NCBI GenBank assembly: GCA_035504215.1
Contig: DATJSI010000062.1
Coordinates: 31,311 to 95,310 of the forward strand
Direction: 5' to 3'
DNA: 64,000 bases
DNA from: Mycobacteriales bacterium
GTDB taxonomy: Bacteria; Actinomycetota; Actinomycetes; JAFAQI01
In this document: positions 47,621 through 57,278 of the stretch, in pieces
Position numbering within the stretch: the first letter of the stretch is position 1
Layout of the letters: each line of letters begins with the position of its first letter
The notes under the pieces: model-generated
Databases searched by the model: none
What the model was told of the DNA's origin: nothing
The model's input: the letters and a program-made list of their open reading frames with translations, nothing else
Translations under genes and position numbers: made by a program

Positions 47621-48610
47621 ATGGCAACACCTCCACTGCTGGTCGACTCTGATGTGAGCTGGCTAGTCGAGCAGGCGTGCCGGGCGCCGTCGATCCATAA
47701 CACGCAGCCATGGCGGTTCGTCTGGGACGGCACCGGCTTCAACCTGTTCGCTGACACTTCTCGCGGACTGACGGTTGGTGATCCCAATGGCCGGGAGCTG
47801 GTGATCAGTTGCGGTGCCGCGTTGTTCAACCTGCGGGTGGCGCTGCGTCAGCGAGGGCTCGTCGGGTCGGAGCTGCTGTTACCAGATCCCGGACAGCCCC
47901 GGTGGCTGGCTCGCGTGGTGGTGGCGCGAGGGGAGCCTGCGAGCAAGGCGGAACGGCAGCGGCTCGCCGCGCTCGTGCGCCGGCACACTCATCGCGGAGG
48001 GTTCGATGATCGGACCTTGCCTACGCAGTTGCAGGTGGAATTGCACCGTGTGGCGGAGGCCGAGCAAGCATGTCTCGTCTACCTCTGCGATCCGGGGAGA
48101 CGGCACAAGGTGTTGCAGCTGACCCGTGAGGCAGCGGGGGCGATCGATGCGAATGAGCGCGCCCTGGCCGCACTTGCGGACTGGACCCCCGCCCCCGGCA
48201 GCGGACGCCGAGACGGGGTACCTCCGGAGGCCTATCCGGCGCGGCCGAGGGCGCAGGCCACTGAGTTCGCGGCGCGGGACTTCGACTTGGGCCGAGGGCT
48301 GGGGACCGCAGAGGAAGCCGGTTCGTCACCCGGCCTGCTTGCCGTGCTCGTCACCGATGGCGACGATGAGCGTTCCTGGTTACGCGCAGGATCCGCCCTT
48401 GAACATGTCCTGGTCGATTCGGCTCGGCACTGGGTGTTCGCCGCCCTGCACTCGCAGGTATGTGAAATACCAGCGGCGCGCGCTGAGTTACGACGCGAAC
48501 TAGGGACCGCGGGCTATCCGCAGGTTCTCCTCCGGCTTGGCTACGCGCATGTTGCAGCTACTACCCCGCGGCGCCCGGTGCGCGACGTGCTCAGGGTGAT
48601 AGAGCACTAG
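47621..48610 (+). CDS. Acg-family nitroreductase-like protein (tandem NTR fold)
   Basis: SIHNTQPWRF and overall about 330-aa architecture match mycobacterial Acg/Rv3131-type proteins. Confidence 0.8.
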   Translation: MATPPLLVDSDVSWLVEQACRAPSIHNTQPWRFVWDGTGFNLFADTSRGLTVGDPNGRELVISCGAALFNLRVALRQRGLVGSELLLPDPGQPRWLARVVVARGEPASKAERQRLAALVRRHTHRGGFDDRTLPTQLQVELHRVAEAEQACLVYLCDPGRRHKVLQLTREAAGAIDANERALAALADWTPAPGSGRRDGVPPEAYPARPRAQATEFAARDFDLGRGLGTAEEAGSSPGLLAVLVTDGDDERSWLRAGSALEHVLVDSARHWVFAALHSQVCEIPAARAELRRELGTAGYPQVLLRLGYAHVAATTPRRPVRDVLRVIEH

Positions 48611-48702
48611 ACGGGGCCACGCTTCCGTCGATCGCGAAGCCTGGCGGGTTATCTACGGCGGAAGATCAGGCTGCGTCTCGCCGCAGGCGATCAGGAGGAG
48701 GC

Positions 48703-48808
48703 CACCCCCCCGCCCTCGGGGGGACACGAGTATGGGCTCTGAGCCGCGGTTTCACACGGTGCCCCCGGCAGTGCCCCGGTGGGGCCCGGACCAGTCCTCG
48801 GCAGTTAC
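48703..48808. repeat. conserved non-coding element, copy B
   Basis: CCCCCCC-gccct-CGGGGGG hairpin followed by gccgcggTTTCACAcgGTGCCCCCGG[cagtgccccgg]TGGGGCCCGGACCAGTCCTCGGCAG. Lies in a 328-bp convergent gap. Confidence 0.45.
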
Positions 48809-48938
48809 ATTCGCCTTCGCTCACGCGTCGACTTGGCTGTCGCCATGCGCTGATGCGGCAAGTTCGTCCAGATTGGATCGGCGGCCTCATCGACCCTCGA
48901 CACGAAGTGGTGGGTCAGCGAGTGTGGACTCGTCGGAG

Positions 48939-49313
48939 CTAGCTCTGGGGACCTGAGCGGGGCGTGTTGTTCGAGGAGGTCCGCTTCTGGGATCTGGTCG
49001 CCTGGATCGATGCGGTCGTGAGCCATTGGTGGTCCTCTTTTGCCGCTCGTAGTGCGCTGTTCTCTTCTTCGAGGTCGAGGACCATAGCGATGCCGGCGAG
49101 ATTGAGCCCGGCATCGAGCAGGTCCCCGATGTGACGGAGCCGGTTGAGGTCGTGGGCGCTGTAACGGCGGGTCCCGCCGGCGGTGCGGTCGGGAGCGAGC
49201 AGGCCGCGCGCCTCGTACAGCCGGAGGTTCTGTACCCCCATCCCGACCAGCTCCGCTGCGACGGAGATTCCGTACACGCCGCGAGAGGCATCGGGTGCGG
49301 GTACTCCCACCAT
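48939..49313 (-). CDS. HspR-like MerR-family regulator (paralog 2)
   Basis: About 75% identical to 41954..42310 over the HTH/GGTRRYS/GLNLAGI core. Confidence 0.75.
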   Translation of the reverse strand: MVGVPAPDASRGVYGISVAAELVGMGVQNLRLYEARGLLAPDRTAGGTRRYSAHDLNRLRHIGDLLDAGLNLAGIAMVLDLEEENSALRAAKEDHQWLTTASIQATRSQKRTSSNNTPRSGPQS

Positions 49314-49376
49314 GCGGTCCCCCTACTCGGAAATTTTCTGATCTGACTCTTGCATCATGGTGCCACGTGTGTTACA

Positions 49377-49395
49377 AGAAATCTATAGCGCACGC
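49377..49395. promoter_or_regulatory. conserved box AAATCTATAGCGCACGCCA (copy 2)
   Basis: See 42321..42339. Confidence 0.3.
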
Positions 49396-49461
49396 CACAT
49401 ATCAGTCGAACATCTGTGGCCCTCAGGAGCATCAGGAAAGGAGAAGACGGAGGTGGACACG

Positions 49462-49893
49462 ATGCTGATGCGCACCGACCCGTTCCGCGAACTGGACCGG
49501 CTCACCCAACAGGTCTTCGGCACCAACGGCACCCTCGCCCGCCCGTCGGTCATGCCAATGGACGCGTGGCGTGACGGCGACACTTTTCACGTTGAGTTCG
49601 ACCTACCGGGCGTCAACCCGGACTCGATCGACCTCGATGTCGAACGCAACGTCGTGACGGTCAAGGCCGAACGTCCCGCCCGGGCCAGCGACGCGGAGCT
49701 GATCGCCGCCGAACGACCCCGCGGGATCTTCAGCCGGCAGCTCATCCTCGGTGACAACCTCGACACCGAGAAGATCGCCGCCAGCTATGACGATGGAGTG
49801 CTGACCCTGCAGATCCCGGTCGCTGAACAGGCAAAGCCGCGCAAGATCTCCATCGCAAGCAAGGCCGACACGCGACAGGCAATCAACGTCTGA
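49462..49893 (+). CDS. Hsp20/alpha-crystallin small heat-shock protein (paralog 2)
   Basis: About 90% identical to 42407..42838. Same MLMRTDPF start. GGAAAGGAG RBS. Confidence 0.85.
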   Translation: MLMRTDPFRELDRLTQQVFGTNGTLARPSVMPMDAWRDGDTFHVEFDLPGVNPDSIDLDVERNVVTVKAERPARASDAELIAAERPRGIFSRQLILGDNLDTEKIAASYDDGVLTLQIPVAEQAKPRKISIASKADTRQAINV

Positions 49894-50267
49894 GCCCGCG
49901 GCACGGTCATGAGCACCACGATGGGAAGCTGCGGTGGCACAACACGAGGCGACGAGCAGTTCATTGATCTGGTCCTGAACGATCAAGACCTGCTCGAGGC
50001 CGAGTTCGACGCGATCATCGCCGCCGCGTGGCCCGGCCGGCTACCGCCTACCTCCGGACCGCGGTGGATCACAGTCCCGCCGCCGCGTCAGGTCACACCT
50101 GATCGGACGGTGAAACCAGTGAGACGGGGCAGCCCAGCGCACCCGTTCGACCAATCAGCCAGGCAACGCTCACCCCCGCGCGGCCAACTCGCCGCCGGGC
50201 GCGGTGACCGTTCGGCCGGAGATTTCGCTGTGAACATTCGTGGTTGTGCAGGATACGAGCGCGCCCG

Positions 50268-50903
50268 TTACAGCCAGCCTTCGCGGCTTGCACGAACTGC
50301 GGCTTCGACTCGATTGCCGACGCCGAGCTTCCGAAAGAGCTCTTGGACGTGGGACTTGATCGTGTTCTCACTCAAGTGCACCCTCTTGGCGATCTCGCGG
50401 TTGGAAAAGCCGTCCGCGATCAGTCGAAGGATCTCGACTTGGGTCGCGCTGAGCATCCTCGGAGCCTTGCGCGGAGGATTCTCGGGAGTGCGCATCCGTT
50501 GAAGCACTTTGCCCGCGATCTTCGGGGAAACCGCTCCGTCGCCGCGATGCACGGCCCATATGCTTTGTTTGAGCGCGAACCTTTCGATGTCCTTGACGAC
50601 GTAGCCTCGGGCGCCCGCCTGTATGCACTCGTGGACAAGTTGGTCATCGGAGTACGTGGACACGATGAGGACCGCGACGCCAGGGTGCGACACGCCGAGT
50701 CGGCGGCACGCTTCCGCACCGCTGATCCCTGGCAGGCGAGCGTCGAGCAGGACAACGTCAGGGCGGGTTCTGTCGACCAAAGCACCGAGGCGCTCTGCGG
50801 TGCCGCTTTCGGCGACGACGTCGAAGTCCGGGTCGGATGCGAGGATGGCCTTCAGGCCTTCCCGGACCATCTCGTGGTCATCAATGAGCGCTACCCGGAT
50901 CAC
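50268..50903 (-). CDS. NarL/LuxR-family response regulator (DosR/DevR-like)
   Basis: REC + LuxR HTH. Stop/start overlap with the upstream GAF kinase. Confidence 0.85.
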   Translation of the reverse strand: MIRVALIDDHEMVREGLKAILASDPDFDVVAESGTAERLGALVDRTRPDVVLLDARLPGISGAEACRRLGVSHPGVAVLIVSTYSDDQLVHECIQAGARGYVVKDIERFALKQSIWAVHRGDGAVSPKIAGKVLQRMRTPENPPRKAPRMLSATQVEILRLIADGFSNREIAKRVHLSENTIKSHVQELFRKLGVGNRVEAAVRASREGWL

Positions 50904-52153
50904 GGTTCGTCCCGATCGAAGGGGATACTGGTTCTGATAACGAATCCGGCTTCCTCGCCGTTTGCCGCCTCGAACACACCGCCCCGCTCGATCACCAGTT
51001 CGCGGATGTGGCGGAGCCCGAAGTGCAGATGACTCTCGGGAAAGGTCTTCAGGACGAGCTCAGACGCCCCGACCCCGTCGTCCTGGATGACGAGGTCAAC
51101 ACGATCCTGTTGATAGCGGAGCCTCACCAGAATCCTCTCGGCTCGGGCGTGCTTTTCGATGTTGGCCAGCGCCTCATTGACGATCTGCCCAACGAGGTCG
51201 CGGACTTGGTCGACGGCTTCGGTCGGCCGGCCGCTCACGGACAAATGCGCTTGCAGGCCCGTCGTTCGTTCGACATCGCGAAGCATCGTCCGCACGTCGT
51301 CTGCAAGCTCCACGTCGCCGTGGTCGGCATCCGCGAGGGTGAAGATCGCGCGTCGCACCTCGTCAGCAGTCTGGATGGCGATGCGGCGAGTCTCGGCGAG
51401 CTGTTCTCTGACATCTCGCTCGATGTGCTCGACCTCCAGCAGTCCGTTTAGGCGAACCCCGATCGTGAAGATCTGTTGTTCGATTCGGTCGTGCAGCGCG
51501 CCAGCGATACGGGTTCGCTCTCTCCCGAGCAGCTGGATGCGTTCTGCTTCCGTTAGCCGGTCACGCAGCATCTCAAGCTCGGCGATTGTCTGCCGCTGCC
51601 GCTCGTACAGACGAGCATTGTCCACCGCCACCGCCACTTGATTCGCGAAGGTCGACAGCAGCTGTTCGTCGTTGCCGTCGTATCCGTTGGGCTTGTTGGC
51701 CACGCCAATCATGCCGATGGCGTCCTCGCTCAAGCGCAGTGGCACGCCGAGGAACTTGCGAATGGGCGGGTGCCCTTCGGGCTGCCCGACGCTGTGCGGG
51801 TCGGCTGCGACATCATTGGAGTTGTACGAACGGTTCTCCCGAATGACAACGCCGACCACGCTCGAGCGCAGGGACATCACGTGGAATTGTGCGTAGAACT
51901 CCGGGCTCGGCTGGAACCCGCTGATCGCAGCCACATCCATCACGCGGTCGCCGACCTCCATTCGCCCGTTGGCTACCCGGCCAACGGTCGTCTCGCGGAG
52001 CAGTCCGCTGAAGGCGAATTCGGAGTCGGTTAGCTCCCGACAGTAGTTCAGAGCGCGTTCATGGACTTGTGACAGGTTTCGCAATGCGGCGATCTCGACG
52101 GAGATCTCGTGCAACGAGGCAAGCTTGGTGTGCAGGTTGTCCGGTTCTACCAT
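50900..52153 (-). CDS. GAF-domain sensor histidine kinase (HisKA_3 + HATPase_c)
   Basis: GAF domain in the N-terminal 200 aa, H-box ALHDRIEQQIF, ATPase N/G boxes. Confidence 0.85.
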   Translation of the reverse strand: MVEPDNLHTKLASLHEISVEIAALRNLSQVHERALNYCRELTDSEFAFSGLLRETTVGRVANGRMEVGDRVMDVAAISGFQPSPEFYAQFHVMSLRSSVVGVVIRENRSYNSNDVAADPHSVGQPEGHPPIRKFLGVPLRLSEDAIGMIGVANKPNGYDGNDEQLLSTFANQVAVAVDNARLYERQRQTIAELEMLRDRLTEAERIQLLGRERTRIAGALHDRIEQQIFTIGVRLNGLLEVEHIERDVREQLAETRRIAIQTADEVRRAIFTLADADHGDVELADDVRTMLRDVERTTGLQAHLSVSGRPTEAVDQVRDLVGQIVNEALANIEKHARAERILVRLRYQQDRVDLVIQDDGVGASELVLKTFPESHLHFGLRHIRELVIERGGVFEAANGEEAGFVIRTSIPFDRDEP

Positions 52154-52714
52154 CGGACCCCTCCGCTCAAGCGGGGGTTAACGGTTCCGATGCTATCCGA
52201 TGCTGCCGGACCCATCTCACCCAGATAGGTGCCGCGATCCGCCCGATCGGGTGATCCACACAGGTGCAATTCGCGCTCGGTTGGCGGGGGGACTTTCGCC
52301 TGTTCTCAGGATGACGGGCATCCTTTCGAGTCGCGAGAGTGCATTGATGCGCATCGACATCGGCAACAGCGGGCGCACTCCTGGAATGCACCCCGCAGCT
52401 GTCAACCGCCAAGACCGTCGGCTGAACACCGCGCCGTCGATGAGTCGGCATCCCATACCCGCAGGCCCGCCACAAGCCCCTGATGGGGACCTGAGCGATG
52501 GCTCGTGCCTGCTAGCGACGAAAGGCCGGGCGCGGTGCGGCGGTGCGGCCTCCCTGTTGCAAACCCTGCTCGGCGGATCGCGCTGCGCTCGGGCAGTCCG
52601 GATCGAACCCGATTCGCGAGTCCCACTGAGGTGGTTGGCCGACGCAGAGACTGCGTTGCTGCACCGACCGGGCCCCACGCACGTGGAACCCGGTCCCAAC
52701 AAGAGGTCTGACGA

Positions 52715-53476
52715 ATGAGCCAAGAGCAGGAAGGCACAAAGGCTGCGGACGGCGATAGCGGTGATGACACCATCGTTGCCACTGTGTTGCGCTTGACCGA
52801 CACCCTGACCGACGACTACGGCCTCGTCGGCCAGCTCGACCTGCTCGCAGGCGCGGCCACACGGCTGGTCGGCGGAGCCGCCGCGGTGGTGCTGCTCGAT
52901 GACCAACAGGGCAGGCTCGCCGTCATGGCCAGCACGAGCGAGAAGATCCGGAGACTCGCAGTCACGGAACTTGAGCAGGGCCACGGTCCAGCTCTGCAGT
53001 GCATGCGATCCGGCCGCACGGTAAGCCTCGACGACTTCAGCGCTGACCAAGCGCTTTGGGCGCAATACCTCGTAGCCGCTCGCGACAGCGGCTTCCAGGC
53101 TGCTCTGGCCGTACCGCTACGCCTACGCGAGGAAGTGATCGGCGTGCTGGAAATCCTCTACGACATCGCGCCCGCGACCACAGTGCCCCTTCAACGAGAA
53201 GCTGCGTTCCTAGCCGAGGCGGCGGCGATTGGGATCCTGCACCAACGCATAAACCGCCGCGTGGTCGAGCTCGCCGAGCAGCTCCAGCACGCACTGAACA
53301 GTCGGGTGGTCATCGAGCAGGCAAAAGGCATGCTCGCCGAGCGCCGACAGCTGAGCATGGACGCTGCGTTCGAGGCGCTGCGGCATCACGCGCGCAGTCA
53401 CAACGTCAAGCTAAACGAGATCGCAGCGCAAGTGATCGCCAGGACGCTGGATCCACCACCTGCCCCGGCCAGATAG
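52715..53476 (+). CDS. GAF-ANTAR RNA-binding regulator
   Basis: C-terminal ANTAR signature VIEQAKGMLAERRQLSMDAAFEALRHHARSHNVKL. Confidence 0.8.
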   Translation: MSQEQEGTKAADGDSGDDTIVATVLRLTDTLTDDYGLVGQLDLLAGAATRLVGGAAAVVLLDDQQGRLAVMASTSEKIRRLAVTELEQGHGPALQCMRSGRTVSLDDFSADQALWAQYLVAARDSGFQAALAVPLRLREEVIGVLEILYDIAPATTVPLQREAAFLAEAAAIGILHQRINRRVVELAEQLQHALNSRVVIEQAKGMLAERRQLSMDAAFEALRHHARSHNVKLNEIAAQVIARTLDPPPAPAR

Positions 53477-53571
53477 TCCGGTCACTTGGTGCTGCGACCT
53501 GAGCCGGTGGAGAAAGAATCGCCGACCACGACCTGCGCGTTGACCGGAACGGCCAGCATCCGGCACCCGGA

Positions 53572-53874
53572 CTAGTGATGGAAGCCGGCCGCCCCGTAGG
53601 AGGGTCCTGACCGGCGAGGCGTGGTCGGTCGCCGTTCGTGGTGCGCCGGTATCAACCGTGGGGTGCGTGACTGTCTCCCTCCGTTTCTGCCGCGGAGGTC
53701 GCACTGGACGAGCCGCTCGACCATCCGCGTCCTGGCCGGCCCGTTCAGGCCGAACCAAGCGGCGGCCCGATCAGCCTCGATCACGCACACGGCCAGCTGC
53801 GCGGCTGGGACATCGGGGTAGGTCTTCGCGAGGAGGCAGAAAAGGGCGGTAGGGGTGGGTTGCTCGGCGGTCAT
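53572..53874 (-). CDS. hypothetical protein
   Basis: 100-aa ORF. The N-terminal 60 aa look protein-like. The tail is low-complexity. Confidence 0.3.
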   Translation of the reverse strand: MTAEQPTPTALFCLLAKTYPDVPAAQLAVCVIEADRAAAWFGLNGPARTRMVERLVQCDLRGRNGGRQSRTPRLIPAHHERRPTTPRRSGPSYGAAGFHH

Positions 53875-53930
53875 GAGGAGCCATTACCCAAGATCACGAA
53901 CGCAACACCAGCGCGTCGGAGCGGCCCGCG

Positions 53931-54284
53931 CTAGCCGGGCAGGTCGTCGACCTTGTTGTAGATCGGGAACACGGAGGTAAGCCCGAGGATCTGGAAGGTC
54001 CTCAATACCCGGGCCGCCGAGCAGATCAGCGCGAGTTCGCGGTCCTGCGCACGTGCGTGTTTGAGTGCCGCGACGAGCACGCCGACGCCGGTGCTGTCGA
54101 TGAAGTCCAGACCGTCCAGGTCGACGGCGACCAGTTGCTGAGTTCCTAGCGCGTTCAATAAGTGGGTGCGGAGCTCAGGGGCGGTGGAGAGGTCCAGGTC
54201 CCCGGTCAGTCGCACGAGATGTTCGGGCGACCGGCTGGTGTCCACGCTGAGCGTGAACGGCGAGGACGCAGCGTCGGCGGCCAT
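53931..54284 (-). CDS. STAS-domain anti-sigma-factor antagonist
   Basis: Internal ATG (MAADAASSPF...). LTGDLDLSTAPELRTHL...LDFIDSTGVGVLV. Confidence 0.7.
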   Translation of the reverse strand: MAADAASSPFTLSVDTSRSPEHLVRLTGDLDLSTAPELRTHLLNALGTQQLVAVDLDGLDFIDSTGVGVLVAALKHARAQDRELALICSAARVLRTFQILGLTSVFPIYNKVDDLPG

Positions 54285-54841
54285 GACTAGTCGACTATCG
54301 CCTAGGCCGCGATGGGGGTGACACTCACCCCCCGATTGCGGCTCCGTCAAGGCGCGCCTCGACGGCAATGCTCGGGAACCGGCCCCGGGGCGAGGCCGCA
54401 CGCTCCGGCCGCTCGATTTCCGGGTGGCTGTTCCCAGCGGCGGGGTCTGGGCCGCTAGGAACGCCGCCCGCGGGTGAGGCGGGCAGTGTGAGGGTGCCGA
54501 AAGTCCCTTCCGGTCCGGGTCTTTCTCCTTTGTCTGGTGGGGTCCGTTGACCTTTGCTGGTCCGCCGATTGTGGGACAAGGTGTGCGGGTGGGGTGGTTC
54601 TTCCGGGCGATGGAGCAGGCGGATGGTAGTTGGCGTTGTCGCCGTGGGCTGATCGAGTTCGACGGCCACTCGACACTTGATGCCGCGGTTCGGCATCTCC
54701 GATTGTTGGCGGCGGATGCTCAACCGGCTGAGTTGTTTGTCCACCGGCTTGACGGGTCGGTCGAGTCGGCGGGATCGCTCTGACCTTAGTGGCCCATGAT
54801 GGCCTTGGCCAGCGCATCCGAGGGATCGTCTTCCCGGTGAG

Positions 54842-57142
54842 TCAGGCTGTCGCCAGATCCCTTTCGTGTGGGCTGAACGTGGTCTGGAGTACCTCGTCGG
54901 CTTCTGTGGCGCGCATTGGTCGGCCGAGGAGGAATCCTTGCCCGACGTGGCAGCCGAGGGTTCGAAGGAAGCGGAGCTGGCCGGGGTCTTCGATGCCTTC
55001 GGGGATCACTTCGAGTCGGAGGCGTTTTCCGAGGGTGACGATCCCGTCGAGGATAGTGAGGTTGGGCGCGCCGCCGCCGGTTCCGGAGACGAACGTGCGG
55101 TCGATCTTGAGGATGTCGACGGGGAGTCGGTCGAGGTAGCCGAGGCTTGAGTATCCGGTGCCGAAGTCGTCGACTGCGACTCTGACGCCGATGCTTTGTA
55201 GGTCGAGGAGGTTCTCGGCGGCGATCCCGTTCGGGTTGATCAGGACGGATTCGGTGACCTCTATGACGAGCGCGGTGGGTGCGAGGTCGGCGTCGTCGAG
55301 CGCCCGGCGGATTCTTGTGACGAAGTCGGGTCGTTCGACTTGGCATGCGGAGGCGTTCACTGACAGGTAGAGATCGGGGCGGTGGTGGGTTTGCTGCCAG
55401 GTTCGGAGTTGGCGGCCGGCGTTTCGGAGTACCGCCTCGCCGATGTCGACGATCGCTCCCGTCGACTCGGCAGCGGGGATGAACGCCCCGGGGGGCAATA
55501 GCCCGCGGGTGGGGTGTTGCCAGCGGACGAGCGCTTCGAACCCGACGGGAGCGCCGGTGGTGAGGTCGACGAGTGGTTGGTAGTCGAGGACGAGCTCGTC
55601 CCGGCGGACGGCGTTGAGAACGTCGCGGCTGAGTTGGGCGGCGTCGTCGGCGTTGGTTTCCAGGTCGGTGGTGTAACGCTCGACGCGTCCTTTCCCGCTG
55701 CGTTTCGCGTGGTACATCGCGATGTCGGCTTCGCGGAGCACGTCGTCGAGGTCCGCGGGTGCGGAGCGGAAGGTCAGACCGACGCTGGCGGCGACCTGCA
55801 CGGTGGTGGTGTCGAGCTGGACCGGTGCGCCGAGCGCGGAGACGACTCGTTCGCCGACGGCGATCGCGGCACGTTCGCCTTCCAGCCCGGTGAGCAGGAC
55901 CGCGAACTCGTCGCCGCCGAGGCGTGCGATCAGGTCACTAGGTCGTATGACCGACTCCAGCCGGGCAGATACGGCGCTGAGCAGATTGTCGCCGGCGGCG
56001 TGCCCGAGGGAGTCGTTCACGTCTTTGAAGTCGTCGAGGTCGATGAACAGCACAGCGGCGAGACCGTCCAGGTTCCTGATGCTGCGTGCGGCCTGGTCGT
56101 AGAAAGCAGCCCGGTTGCGCAGCCCGGTGAGCGGGTCGGTGGTCGCGCGCCGTTTGAGTTGCGCGCCGGCCTCGGCGAGCTGCTTGTTCAGATCGGCGAG
56201 TCGGGCCATCACGAGCAGGAAACACACGGCGCTGGTCAGCGACGCGACGATCCTGACCGAGGGTTGCAGGACCAGGATCGCCGGGCCGGTGAGCACCGCC
56301 GCGCACAGGAACACGACGCGCTCGCGGGAAAGGCGGGTACCCGGCACCGGCCGGTGATCGGTGACCGTGCGGGCATGCGGGTGCAGTGCAGCGACCCCGA
56401 TGAGCAGGTAGGAGCCCATCCACAGCGCGTCCGGCTCGCCGCCGAAGTGGTAGGTGCCCGCGGCTAGCTGGAGGGTGTAGACGCTGTCGCCGAACAGCAG
56501 GCAGATGAAGCTCGCGGTCAGGATTCCGAGCGCACCGTTGCGCCATCCGCTGGCGACGACGAAACGGGCGAGGAGCGCGAACACCATCAGGTCCATCGCC
56601 GGGTAGGTGACCGAGACCACGTGCGCGGGCAGCGGCATCGAGGTGCGCACGATCGGTGCGATCAGGTACTGCCAGGTCAGCGCAGCCCCGGAGACCGCGA
56701 GGATCGCTGCGTCGAGCGCGTCACCTAACCGGTCGGACTTGCGCCGCCGTTGGGCCAGCGCCCACAGCGCGGCGCCGAAGCACGGGTAGGTACCGAGCCA
56801 GCACAGGTCGACCACCGAGGGGAAGGGAAGCGATCGGCCGGTCGCGAGCGGGTACGCGTAGTAGGGCACGTTGGCGCTGGAAGAGAGCAGCATCGCGACC
56901 GCGAGCGCAATCCAGACCGTGCGGTTGGTACCCCGGCTGCGCCAAGCGGCGAGCGCCGCACAGATCGCCGAGGTGAAGTTGATCGCGTTGATCACCGCAG
57001 CCTGACCCGCGCTGGCCCGGCCGAGCGAGTAGTACCCGGTGATCGCGACAGCGCCCGCGCTCAGATACCACGCCCAGGCGCTGCGACCCAGCGAAGGGCG
57101 TCGCGTGGTGAAGGAGGAGGTTTGCACCCAGGTAACAGACAT
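54842..57142 (-). CDS. membrane-anchored GGDEF + EAL protein (second paralog)
   Basis: About 9 TM helices. GGDEFAVLL and EALVRW motifs. Confidence 0.85.
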   Translation of the reverse strand: MSVTWVQTSSFTTRRPSLGRSAWAWYLSAGAVAITGYYSLGRASAGQAAVINAINFTSAICAALAAWRSRGTNRTVWIALAVAMLLSSSANVPYYAYPLATGRSLPFPSVVDLCWLGTYPCFGAALWALAQRRRKSDRLGDALDAAILAVSGAALTWQYLIAPIVRTSMPLPAHVVSVTYPAMDLMVFALLARFVVASGWRNGALGILTASFICLLFGDSVYTLQLAAGTYHFGGEPDALWMGSYLLIGVAALHPHARTVTDHRPVPGTRLSRERVVFLCAAVLTGPAILVLQPSVRIVASLTSAVCFLLVMARLADLNKQLAEAGAQLKRRATTDPLTGLRNRAAFYDQAARSIRNLDGLAAVLFIDLDDFKDVNDSLGHAAGDNLLSAVSARLESVIRPSDLIARLGGDEFAVLLTGLEGERAAIAVGERVVSALGAPVQLDTTTVQVAASVGLTFRSAPADLDDVLREADIAMYHAKRSGKGRVERYTTDLETNADDAAQLSRDVLNAVRRDELVLDYQPLVDLTTGAPVGFEALVRWQHPTRGLLPPGAFIPAAESTGAIVDIGEAVLRNAGRQLRTWQQTHHRPDLYLSVNASACQVERPDFVTRIRRALDDADLAPTALVIEVTESVLINPNGIAAENLLDLQSIGVRVAVDDFGTGYSSLGYLDRLPVDILKIDRTFVSGTGGGAPNLTILDGIVTLGKRLRLEVIPEGIEDPGQLRFLRTLGCHVGQGFLLGRPMRATEADEVLQTTFSPHERDLATA

Positions 57143-57278
57143 GCGTGGAATGGTCGACCGCGCACGTCCCGGTGCCTAGAGGGCGTTGGTCCCGCGCCCC
57201 TGACCTTTGGTCGCAGGATCAGCGGCAAACGGGCTAACGGAACCCCGAGCTCAGCCTGCGGTGCAATGCTCGGCTGGT

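Noticed and set aside
44259-48808. Conserved small peptide encoded by elements A and B
   Set aside because: The two copies differ by an 11-nt indel in the middle of the conserved core, so no common reading frame exists. Conservation is non-coding.
49909-50502. 197-aa plus ORF between hsp20-2 and the DosR-like regulator
   Set aside because: It would overlap the convergent response-regulator gene by about 235 bp. Only the first about 50 aa look protein-like and the rest is low-complexity. Possibly a short real ORF, but not supportable.
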